DNA of 64,000 nt, from NCBI RefSeq assembly GCF_009914755.1, contig NC_060935.1. One strand, 5' to 3'. Shown here in pieces: positions 26,158-38,596 of this stretch. The position numbers and the translations under genes are program-made. The DNA is from the human T2T-CHM13v2.0 reference genome, Homo sapiens. Numbering within the stretch: the first letter of the stretch is position 1; every line of letters starts with the position of its first letter. The notes below the pieces were generated by a model. That model saw nothing but the letters and a program-made list of their open reading frames with translations. It ran no database searches and was not told the origin of the DNA.

Positions 26158-29100
26158 TTTGTCCTTTCACACACTTGGAATGCCTCTATTTTCTCTTTGA
26201 TTCTTCACTATTTCTGCATATTCAATTTTTGTAATGATTAAAAACTCATCTGAATTGCAGGAATTCATTGGAATAGTTCAAGAAGATTTATTGGATAGAT
26301 AGATCAGAATTTATGGAAACAAATGCAGGAAAAACAGATGAGCCCTGTCTGCAGGGGATACCTCTGACTGCTACTCTCTGCCCCTCTCTTGTTGGGACTG
26401 TGTAGTCTCCTTATTCATGCTTCTTTCTGCAAATCTCCTATGGTGGTCTCTTCAATCTCTTACTTGGGGTTTCTCTAATCCCCACTAACTTCATTTCCCA
26501 TGTGGCCTTGGCCTATATTGGTGCTCATTCAGACAGCTTGATAGACCACAGTCAACTGACTCCACATTGGTGCCTTAAATTCCACATAGCAGAACAACAA
26601 GTCAGACTGCCTTCATTTGAGTTAAGTGACCAAAATGAGTTAAGTGAGTTAAGTTTGGACCACTCTTGGTCCAAACAGCTATTGTTGAGATGAACATAGA
26701 GATCATATGATACATGATGCGATTTATGTCTATTCAGTGTTCTGCTAATTCAGAAACTTGGTAAAAATACATTATTACCAATTGACAGATCTCATACAGA
26801 GATGTTTGATAATGTCCACATAGTCAAAACCAACGATGGTCTGCTTGAACCTTCTCTGCCTCCTGTCTAGTTCTTCTCATCTACCTCACTCATTTTCTGG
26901 ACATATCCATTGCCAAGGAGATGTCTCTGCCCAAGAAATGGTCTGAAAATGTGTTCAGAACCTACAAGCCTTCTCTTTAAAGGACAGGATGTGGGGGAAA
27001 TGCATTCAGTGGCTGGAAATCACCCTCACTTGAAATGCTTTGGCCTGTGAAAGAAGGAGACTATTACAATCTACTGAAATGTCAATAATTAAAAGCCAAA
27101 AAAGTTATTGGAAAGGCTCGCCATGATTCATGCCAACTCCCATTCTCCCCAGCATGTAGCCTCACAAGATATATAATTTTCCATTTGTGTATAGTGGAGA
27201 GTTCCAGGTCACATAGGAATATTGAAAATGGGTGTAGGACCCAGGGTCTTCAGGCTATTTCTGTCTCAAGTTATTTTGATTTTCCCTTTTGATGCTGTCA
27301 GAAACTCTGGACATGATCATTTGTGCTGGAAAAAGCACAACTTCTGCCCTTTGTTTCGATCGCTTTTGCCATGTGTGATTGGTGAATTTGATTGCTGGCC
27401 ACAGAAAATTGCATTTGTGTCGGGAGCATTCTGAACAGATCAATGTAGGAGGAAACCAGGCAGGATCAATTGTAATACCAAAGGACCAGTATAAAAAGTC
27501 ATGCAACTCACATGTCATCCTATAGCTCTCAATGTCTAAACATCACATGGATTTTTGGCCACAATTCATTAATTAAACCTCACAATATGCAGTGAGGTCA
27601 AGTAATGTTTGATGCTAGACATCTAGAAGAGTGGGAAATAACACCATGTCAATCCAACTGTCTTTATGCAGAGAATCTGCAAAAAGTGAGACAACATGTA
27701 ATAATACAAATAATTATTATAGTCACTCCATATATTTTCCAGGGGCTGGCTATGTCCTCTATACACATTTCTAATTTTAACTTCAAGAGAAGTTAAATCT
27801 ATCATTTCTATTTTATGACTAATAAATCAAACCCAGAAGGGTTAAATAATCTGTGATTGTCCATGAGTGTGCAGCGAAGTGGGGTCTCCGGAATTCTGTT
27901 CTGACTGGCTCTGAACGTCATGCTTTTAACCGTCTCTATTTATTGTCTTTGTGTTTTTAAACCACAGTGCTATATACCATTAGGAATAAGCATTATCATT
28001 GCTGCCACTATTCTTGTTAGTTTACTAATACTGCCAGATGTGTAGTAAACTAAGTATTTCCTCTTCTCCACAAAGGGATGCTAGGGTTCTAGGGAGGCAG
28101 TTATTCATGTGATTACATCTGTAATATTTGTATGCATCCAGCTTGATCAAGCAGTTTCCCTGTCTATTATGAAAACCAGCTTGTGGAGGAAGTAGGGCAA
28201 GTATCATTCATTCCATGTTCCAAGTGAAGAGAGTGAGGCTCACAGATTGTGACTTGTGCCCAGGAATGGAGAGTGGAGCTAGGACGAGAAGTCAGGCCTC
28301 CCAGCTGCAGAGATACTGTTGCTTCCACTCTCTTGTTCTTCTGTAACAGGTAGCAGTTGTTTTTGAAGATATCACAGCCTAAATGGAATTAACTTTCTTC
28401 TTAAAAGTTGGACTGTCTCCAGCCTCCCACTTTCTTAAAAATGTGAAAAACAAACAAAAACCAGTTCAGAACACTTTAGCCAAAGAGTGTGTCCTAAATG
28501 AGTGTGTCCTACTCTCTTTAGGCTTGGACCATGTCTTATACACCTGTTTGGTCCTATCTGGTCCCTGATAGGCTGCCTTCAACGGAGGGAAGCAGTGGAA
28601 AAAGAGCTTAACTGACTGCTAGAAGACAAAATTTATGTCTTAATGATACTTAATGATTTAGTTTCAACACTGTTTATTAGCAAAAAATGTTTAGTGATGG
28701 CATCCTACATTCTAGGCCCTCACTGGGCACTGAGTAGCTGGGCAAACTTATACAGGACACTTAAGTTTTCTGGGCCTCAATTCTGTCATCTGCAAAATAG
28801 ACTTATGAATGCCTTTTTCCCTACTGCAAAGAGTTATTGTAAGAATAAAATTAAATCATGGAAGTGAACTGCTTCTATAAACTAATGACCCCTGTACTTA
28901 TGTGATGCATTATTTTAGGCTCTAAAAAAATCGTAAATGTATCAGCAAGTTAAGAATGTACCTTGCTACATGCCCCAGGGTAACAGAATCGATGCTAGTG
29001 CAGTGACTTCATGGACTCAGTATGCTGGGTGAGGAGCGGACTATGATGGGCATTGCTGTGTCGCCTCTTTCTCCCTCTTATGGAGGGGGCTGCCTTCAGC

Positions 29101-30052
29101 AGGGTGGAGCTGCTGCTCTTTGTGCAGCCATTCTCTTGGAACTGCTTTCTCTGAGTGGTGTGATTTTTGTAGCATTTTCTTCCTTTCCTTTCTCTTTCTG
29201 GCAATGGCTCTTTGAAATATTATTTTTGCTTCCTCGACGGCTGGGCTGTATAATTGATGGCCTCTCGGGGTTGCTGGAGTCGTGCATTTAAACCACGATC
29301 GCCTTGGATTCAACGCCTCAGAGTTCATTACTTTTTGAAATGCTTCACGTCTGTTTGTGTTCAGATTATTGTTGCTCTGGAGAGAGAGGTTATTGTCAGG
29401 CAGGAAGAGGAGTGTGGAGCAGAATTCATCATAATCACATGCTCTTCTCTTCTGGACGAATATTTCTGGGTAACAAGACTTCATATTTATCTGGCATGGC
29501 TGTTCTGAACCAGGGAACCCAGGACCTTCACTTTCCCCCTGCAGCCTGCTGGAGGGAGTTTAGCAGCATTCGGTCTTGGAATGTGGGAGGCTGCTGCTTT
29601 GCAAATAAAGTGGGTAATAAAAGTGCCCAGCGCTCATACTAGAGAATGATTTAGTGCAGAATGTGTACATGTAGGATTTTTAATTAAAGGTTTGGGGTGC
29701 ACTTGGTTCTCAGCAATGGTGTTGGTGGAGGGAGCATGCTCTCTCCACTTGAGCTATGATCTTCTCTCAGTTCTGCAGTGGTCGTCCCATCCTTCCCAGC
29801 TCTTGTCTCTCTGTCACCTCATGGTCCACCCACACCATTATCACTCATGTATGTCCACACCCTGGCTCCTGCTCTCCACGCTGCACCAGCTCCATAAGCA
29901 TTAGCACCCCAAATTTGGTAAACCCAAACAAGTTTGTGTAAATTTGGAATATACTAGAACCTAGTCTATATGGCAAATGAAGAATAACTCCTCTAGGTTT
30001 CCAGAAATGGAGATTCAGAGTTGTTGGGGAGGCTATAACTGAGAACTTTTAA

Positions 30053-30385
<333 letters not shown>

Positions 30386-31238
30386 TGAACTTCCAGAGCT
30401 CCTTATTTGTATCATGGCTGCAACATTCTTTACATTTTTTTTGTAATTCTCCATCTTATGTCTGTTCTCTTTTCTCTCACTGTATCTCTTGAAGACAGGA
30501 GCTAGATTTTTTGTTTGTTTGTTTTATTTCTGAATGACCACCATCTAGTGTGGTTCCAATATATGCTTGACACTAAAGAAAGGTTCATTGAATTAATCCA
30601 TGAAAGAATTCTGTTTGATCAAGTCACATTTCGATTTTCCTGTTAGTTAAGTGTAACTGTATGTGGAAGAGAAGCAGTGTTGTGTGCGAGGGACACGCTG
30701 ATTCATCTGTCCTTTGGAAATACACACAGCTCCTCATTCCAGAGGGACAGGTAGTCAGATACAGTTTGTTGGGTGGGGCTACTTATACAAGACCAGGTGG
30801 TAAAAAGTAGGCATTTCTAAAAGATGGGTTTGGTCAAGTTTGGTCAATTATGGATATAGAAGCAACTTTCCAGGAAAAAAAAAAAGAAAAAAAAAACCTG
30901 TTTGAGAAAGGTTTTTCATCTCAATAGCAGATGAAGTACTTATAAGTTGAAGGCAGTTTCTTTTCTTTTTGCAACATAGCAATTAGAAGATATTGTCACA
31001 TCTTGTCATTTGAAAATTCTAAATTAGGTTATGCATGTAACAAAAATATATGCTGGTGTTTAACAAAAAATAAATATTTGAGGGACTATTTTCTGTACAT
31101 TTCTCAATAGGACACCAAGTATAGATATCCTCTCAGATTATGCTTGACATGTGTTATTATATTCATATATTTCTTAGTATTCTGGGGGTGAGGAAGGATT
31201 TTAGCCTCTGTGAATCCTAGTTGAGTATACATGCCTAA

Positions 31239-31551
<313 letters not shown>

Positions 31552-31806
31552 ACATGCCTAAAGTTTTTATTGTTACTTTGTTACTCAAACTTCTCCTTGA
31601 CACATTACAGGAGAATGCTGGATTGCATGGATTATAACAGTCTAAAGCTCAGCAAAGTGAAGGTGATTATCAGCATTTTAAATGCTGTGACATTTTGCTG
31701 CCAAAAAGTAATTGATTTATTAAAGACATTACAATACATGCATGATTCAACATAAGAAGTTCCTTTGAATTTGTTCAGTACCAAATCCTGTGGGAGACTA
31801 TTTGCT

Positions 31807-31827
31807 TTCAGCACCACGGACAGAAAC
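31807..31827 (+). promoter_or_regulatory. RE1/NRSE (REST/NRSF binding site)
   Basis: TTCAGCACCACGGACAGaaaC against the consensus TTCAGCACCACGGACAGCGCC: the first 17 nt are identical with canonical half-site spacing, and the host is a neuronal gene. Confidence 0.85.
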
Positions 31828-33529
31828 TCTTTTTCATTCAGATTCAGTTGGCCTTACACAAGTAAATATTATAGCTCAGCAGTGGCACTCCAATCCACTG
31901 GCCACAGTATGATCCAATAGCTTTAACATTCCAACTGATGGGTACTGGAATGTTAATACATTGTTTTCCACTTATTTTGCCACAAAGTGGAATAGGGGAC
32001 ACAAGTGGATGACTTTATAATGCATTATTATTACCTTCACTTTGCTAAAAATGAAGGTACTAATCCATAACAAATCAGATGAAATACATAACATTTTAGA
32101 AGATGACTGATTTTTTCCTAACAAGCAACTTCTTGGCAATGCTAGATTTCAAAACACTAAATAAGAAGCCATAACTGAGTTCAGTGATTCCACACCTGAT
32201 CACTGAACCAAAGAGACTAATGAAATGCCTAAAGCTAATAAAAAATCTTGTTGTTGAAGGCAATGAAGCCCCAATGGGGCATGGGGTAAAATACTGAAGG
32301 ATCAGGATCTTCATCTGTCGTATGACTATGACTAATGCACTCATCCTGACTGGGTAAACCTCTAGTTAATTCCCAATTGCTTCAGGCAATGGATCAAAAC
32401 TTTTAAAATACAGGGACACAGTCTTAATCCAGAGTACTGTTTGCTTCCTTATTCACTGTTGATTATAAATGTTCCAACGCAATTTTATTTCTCCTCACTC
32501 ACATGACAAAAGAAATGGAAAATTTTGATGGAGTAATTCAGGAGTTTTGCTGAATCGCTCACATGAAATTGGATTATAAAATATATAGCCACATTGATGC
32601 CCAAATTAAAAATATTTATAGAACACAAGCTGATAGACGTCTTAGATAACGTGAAGTCCAACCTGTCTCCTTACAGATAGGGAGGCTGGCTCCGCAGGAT
32701 CTCATCTCTTGCCTTAGGTCACAGAGATAAACACATGGTTGGGAGGGGCTTATTGCTTGATGAAACAACAAAGAAGAGAAGGAAAGATAAACTTTAATAA
32801 TATGTAAGTTATTTTGTTTCCATTTTTATTCAGAAAAGCTACAAGGCTTCCTTTTTACTCAACAAAATGCCATATAAGTAAACATAATTCCCACTTTGCC
32901 TTTCTGTCAGGAGGCTTAAAAAGAAATTTCCAGCCTAACCTAAAAATTTATATTGACATTTATGGTTTCCATAAGAGGTATTCTCTTTTTCCTTGGATTT
33001 TATTTTATGTGTTTACCCTTTTGTTTTGTGTTTTCATTATAAGATTCCTCAAATTTATTGGGGAAATGGTGAAATATAAATAATTATGAAAAGTTTGATA
33101 GACAGCCTTTTCAAATGTAAAGTAATCATATATAAAATATGACCTGGACAATTGACGCCTTGTGTATTTTTTGGGATCAACTTGGCTGTGAATCATTTGC
33201 TCGTCTTAAAAATTGGGGATGGGGGAAGAATGTTCATCATTTATCTCCCAAGAATGCATGATGAAGGTAATTAAAAATGAAGTGAAAAAGAATAAGAATT
33301 TTATTAGTGTAGATATAGGTTATGTAAGAGAGGAAGTATTTTTATTCAGAACAAAAATGTTTGTAAAATATTAAATGAAAATGTAGGTTAATAGAATTTA
33401 GCATTTAACTTGTCAATTGTATTAATGAATTCAAAGCAAAGAAAAACTTGGGCGTTTCAGTTATTCAGTTCAAACAATTACATTAATTAAGTAAGCGGGA
33501 TTTACTTTTTTATTCCTGGTCTTATTTAT

Positions 33530-34360
33530 TTTTCCGTTCATTTATTGAGTACCTGCTATGGTTTCAGGCACTCTATACTGTCTGGGTATTCAGAGATAAA
33601 AGAGAATTGCTCTTCTCAAAGAGTTTTCAGGAAACTCCACCCTCTGCTAAAATATAACACAATGAACTGCTGCAAGATGCTGGGGAAACAAAAAAGAGGA
33701 TCAAAACCAAACCGGATCAAGGTGGAGTGGAGCTTGAGGAAGGCTCCTAGGAATGAGTCTAGATTTAAAGGGCTAAGATAAATTTGTTATGTAAAGATTG
33801 AGAGTCTGCCAATCCAAAGTACCCTAATGGATGCACAAGAGAAAATCCTAGGGAGAGAGGGGCAGGACACAGATCTTAATCTAGTTTACAGTGAATAATG
33901 GTTGAAAGATGGAAGTGGGTAGGCAAAGGCTCTGGTGTACGTGTGTGTGGAGAGAGAGACAGAGACAGAGAGAAAGTTTGGGTGCATTATGGTAAAAGAT
34001 AAGATAGGAGAGCTATAAAATGGGGCAGTCCGGAAGGGCCTTGCCTTACACCTCCAGTTAAGGAGTTTACATCCTGTGAAATGAAAGAGAGTACTTCAAA
34101 ATGTTATAAGCAGATGAGATTTGCATTTCCACAAAGATCCTTCCAAGTCATTTTGGAAGACGGTTTGAAGAGGGACGAAGCTGACCCACTCTATTATAGT
34201 AATTCAGGGGAACAGTGTGGATGGCCTAAATGTAGATAATTAGCCTTGATGATGCAGGAGATACCAAGTGGAATGTATCTTTACCAGCAGGGACTCATGG
34301 GGCTTGGCGACTGGTATGGGAAGAGGAAAACTTGAAGAAGAATGAGGAATTTCCTTGACT
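33530..34360 (-). mobile_element. L2 LINE fragments
   Basis: catttattgagtacctgctatggtttcaggcactctatact...ataagcagatgagatttgcattt... Boundaries approximate. Confidence 0.6.
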
Positions 34361-36472
34361 GGGGGGTAGCATAGCATAGCAGTTTAGCATGTGGACACTG
34401 GGAGCAGACTGCCTCTTCTAAAACCTCGCTGTTTGATCCTGGTATGCTTCTTAACATCTCAGTGCCTCCATTTCGTTATTAGAAAATAGTGTAACACTAA
34501 CAATAGTAATGTTATTTTTCATACATTTTCAGAAAATTATTGGAAAATCATCACCGTTTCTTAAATCTCTTTAAAGGCCTATGGGAACCCCGTTTGAAAG
34601 CTTTTGAAATATACAAAAGGGATTGATTGTCTATGGAGAGAAAGTGATTCATTCAATATGGGACTTCACATTCACTTTGTATTGTGTATTCACAGTCTAA
34701 TAAATTATTACATAATTTGTGAAAAGATGAAAGAGAAAAAGAACATCTTCAGAGAGGATGAAATAATCCAATAGAGAGATGTTGGAGATGATTAGTGAAG
34801 ACATTCAGAAGGTAGAGAGAAACTGACAGTCATGTTAAGTCTAACATGACTTTCAAAGAAGCTACTAAACAGTGATGGATTATTATTAAAGGCAGAGATT
34901 AGCCAAGAAGTAAAGCAAGCAACTTCAAAGGAACAAGCAAAATGGGAAAAAAAGGCACTTCAATCCTTAAAAGAAAAGGACAAATGATAGAAATTTTTAT
35001 ACAACTGAATGGCTTCCCATAAGCAAGTAGCTCTGGTCTTCCCTCAAGTCTAGAACTGCAAACTCACAGGTTTTCAAGTCTAGAAAAGTAAAAACAAAAA
35101 ACAAAACCAACCAACCAACCGAACAAAAAAACAAAAAACCCACAAACCCTCTCAAGCTCTCAGACTTTTCTATAACTTGTGTCCTGGGCAGCTGGGTTTA
35201 AATTCCATCAATCTAAGGACCTGAGTTTCCAAACACTATAAGTCTAATATGATTACCACCAGAGTTGGTGGTTCAGCTCACCACCTCCACTCCACCCAGC
35301 CTTAGAGAATGAAGAACTAAAACCCGGTGAGGCTCTCCCATCAGATTTTCTTTCCATTGTATTCGCTACTACCAGCCCCAGGCCAACATAGGCCCCTTCC
35401 TGGAAGAAGCTTCAGGAAAAAAAAATGGGGAGAAGATAAAAGAAGAAAGAAGTGATCAATTTAGTTCATCATCATGTATGTAAAGTCAATAAATTTAGGC
35501 TATGTATTTAACTTAAGGATCTCAGAATAAGTTATACAAGTAAGACAAGTGATTGTGCTCAGGACACAAGCAATTGCCTATTGCCAAATCTCATGGCATT
35601 TTTTCAGTACTCTTTCTGTCATAATTGATGCAGTTGCTACCACTGTCCTTACTGATGATACTTTCTTTACCAACTTTTCATGAAACTACTCCCTCTTGAC
35701 TTTCACCCAACTCTCACCACTCCATCTCAGTTTCTTTTCTTTATCCACCTTAATCCTTCTCATGAGTCATACCTGTTGGCTTTCCTCTGGGTTCCACATT
35801 TGAATCTTCCTTTTATGTTTTTCCTAGGTGATGCTACTCCATCATGGCATCAGCATGAAGATTATGATTTAGGCAGTCATCCTGCTGTGTTCTGCCTCAT
35901 TTCTTTTCTAAATTCCCAAAGGATTACAAGTTGTCTATTGAGATTCTTAGCTTTTATGTCCTGCAGACAACTTGAGCTCAGTGTATTCCAAACTGTTTTT
36001 ATTATCCTTGGTACCTAACCAGGTTTTTGGTTTCAATCAATGGGGATTGATTCAGGTTGACTTAACAGAAACAAGGAGTTGACTAAAAATATGTTGTATA
36101 ACTCATGGAATTGACAGAGGTTTGATTCAAAAATGGGAAGGGGGTCAATACATAGAAAAATTACAATGCAGGAAGTCCTGCCAGGGCATTGCATCCACTA
36201 CAGCTTAATAGTGGCACTGATGTTGGCACTATTGAAACACTGGCATTTGATGCCTCTTCTGTTCCTTCTGATACCTCTGAATGCTGGACATCCCAACAGG
36301 AGTGAATTCTAACTGTCTCTGTATCTTTGCATTTTTAACTATGTATGCAAATTCCTTGACCAGAGCATCCAGTAGACAGAGACCAGGTGACATTCCTATG
36401 CTGCACCTATTAGAGTACTATAAGGCAAGTCTGAAATCTTATCAGATTTCAAAATGGAGTCACACTATCTAG

Positions 36473-36516
<44 letters not shown>
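36473..36516. repeat. (TTA)n microsatellite
   Basis: Seen directly, with one interruption. Confidence 0.93.
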
Positions 36517-36517
<1 letters not shown>

Positions 36518-36859
36518 TTAATCTAGGAAGGGTGTTCCGATTCTGGGTAGTAGCTTAAAGGAATGGCAAAAACCCACTCCATATTTCATGAGGAAACCTT
36601 ATCTTCAACCGTTATTTCCCATGTTAACTAATGCCACCAACATATATCAGTCAAGCTAGAAACCTCCATCATTTGCTAGTTTTTCTTTCACTTCTTTTTA
36701 ACACACCTGTTTTGTTAGTAGTGTTTATTTAAGTTCCTAACCTTACAATTCTATCTACCAAATATTCCTTTCCCTTGTTTTCTATTCTGCTCTTTCCACT
36801 CTTATAGAAGCCCTAGGTCATGACTGGAGAGGACTTTCATATTTTTAAACAGTGATGTA

Positions 36860-37095
36860 CTAGCTAAGGTTGCATGCTCCAGTGTCTGATCACCTGCATT
36901 TGTATCAAACTGCAGATCATGCTCACTCATTGTGCAACCCTGGGCATATTATTTAATCTCTCTACGTGTCATGTATAAAATCAGGGGAATAATAATAATA
37001 CCTGCCACACAGGGTCTCTGCAAGAACAAATTGAGGCTGTAGGTGTAAAGCATTGTGTATGCCCACAAGCAATGTGCACACAATGATGGTAAGGT
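36860..37095 (+). mobile_element. MIR SINE nested in a fragmented + strand L2 (~35570-37720)
   Basis: tgtgcaaccctgggcatattatttaatctctct...tataaaatcaggggaataataataatacctgcc...gtaaagcatt. Confidence 0.7.
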
Positions 37096-37880
37096 GACAC
37101 TAAAACTGGAAAGTAATAATGGGAGGTGAGGTGGTGAAAACAGTAATGATGGCAGTAGTAATCTGGTAGCTATCTCTAATACGTACTCTCTTGAGGATGC
37201 AGTCTGCATTGCTGCCAGCATTATCTTTCCAAGCAAATCTGCTTCGAATCCTTGGATGGTCCTCATTTCCTATGGAATAAAATCCGAAGTCTTTAACAAA
37301 GCATATAAACTTCTCTAAAATGGGGCCCCAAGTTATCCTTTTACCATCAAATTCTACCACTGACCTTATAGTACAGGAACACAGACCACCTCATTTTCCA
37401 ACATTTTAAAGATTTTACTTACAGGTTTCACATATGCTTTCTGCTTCCTAGAACACTCTCCTTTGCTGCCTTGGAATTCACATTTTCTGTAAGGCCCAAA
37501 CACATGGTGCCTTTCTTTGCATTTTCCTCCCTGATACCCTCCCTGTGTTCCTGTCACACTCTATATTTGCATCTCACACGGTGCTGTACAGTCCTCATTG
37601 CATATATTGTCAACTTCTACACCTGCTGGCACACCCTTGAACTTAATGTTCCTATCTTACCCACTCCCATCTCTGTTACATAAGACCAGCACATAGTAGT
37701 TGCTCAGGGAATGGTTATTCTATGACTGTAATAATCAACACATTTGTAATGACTCTTCAAGGACCCAGAAACCTGGAGAGGCATGCCCACCAACTTGTCC
37801 CAGATTAGTTAACCATACCCCACTGGCCACATTTGGCAGTGACCAAACAGGCTCAGCATTTGAGGGCCTGGACTCTTGAT

Positions 37881-38596
37881 CTCTGCTTTCATCGTTTCCA
37901 CTTTGTGCTTGGCACCAGGCACCATGGAGAAACTTTAGCATGATACCGGGAAGACACAGTCGGTCATTTTTTTCTGAAGGAATTTTCATGCCACCATAAA
38001 CTCTAAATTAGCAGGCATCATAGTTATGAGACTCTGGAGCCAAATTTGCAATCACCATTAAGACAAAGAGGCAAAGGACTGTGCATGTCCCAGCAAGGTA
38101 TTCTAAAACAGAAATCGCTACTCCCTTTGACAACACAAGTGTCATCTGAAAAATCTCCATGTTCTTTGAAAGCACCAGACAAGTATATCTTCTCTAGGTC
38201 TACCTGGTCATAGAAACTTTAGACTCACCAACTCCAAAAAGTAAAGTGTGGAACTTGGTGTAAAGTGCTTCCATTCCTGTTTCTGGAACTTAATATTCAA
38301 TACAAATTTAGGCCATCACTAGATTTTTCAAATGACACCTGTGTTGTTAAAGGCAGTAGCGATTTCTGTTTTAGAATACCTTGCTGGGACATGCACAGTC
38401 CTTTGGCTCTTTGTCTTAATGGTGATTGCAAATTTGGCTCCAGAGTCTCATAACTATGATGCCTGCTAATCTAGAGTTTCTGGTGGCATGAAAAAATCCT
38501 TCAGAAAAAAGGACCGACCGTGTCTTCCCAGTATAGTGTTAAAGCTTCTCTATGGTGCCTGGTGCCAAGCACAAACTGGAAACGATGAAAGTGGAG
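37881..38596. repeat. Long inverted repeat: arms 37881-38156 and 38321-38596 (276 bp each), 164-bp spacer
   Basis: Hand alignment of the left arm to the reverse complement of the right arm gives 19 substitutions and 2 one-base indels (~92%). Perfect runs of 64 bp (38007-38070) and 51 bp (38072-38122). Confidence 0.97.

Noticed and set aside
26255-26700. Possible old MLT-type LTR remnant, with a similar one at ~36020-36580
   Set aside because: Too degraded to assign family or boundaries by eye.
34828-34851. 10-bp perfect hairpin agtcatgtta-agtc-taacatgact, and similar small hairpins near 35255, 36035 and 60451
   Set aside because: Short stems like these are expected by chance in 64 kb and have no supporting context.
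37881-38596. Inverted repeat as a MITE or a known pre-miRNA
   Set aside because: No recognisable TIR or TSD, and the stem is far longer than a pre-miRNA. I cannot assign a named RNA gene without a database search.
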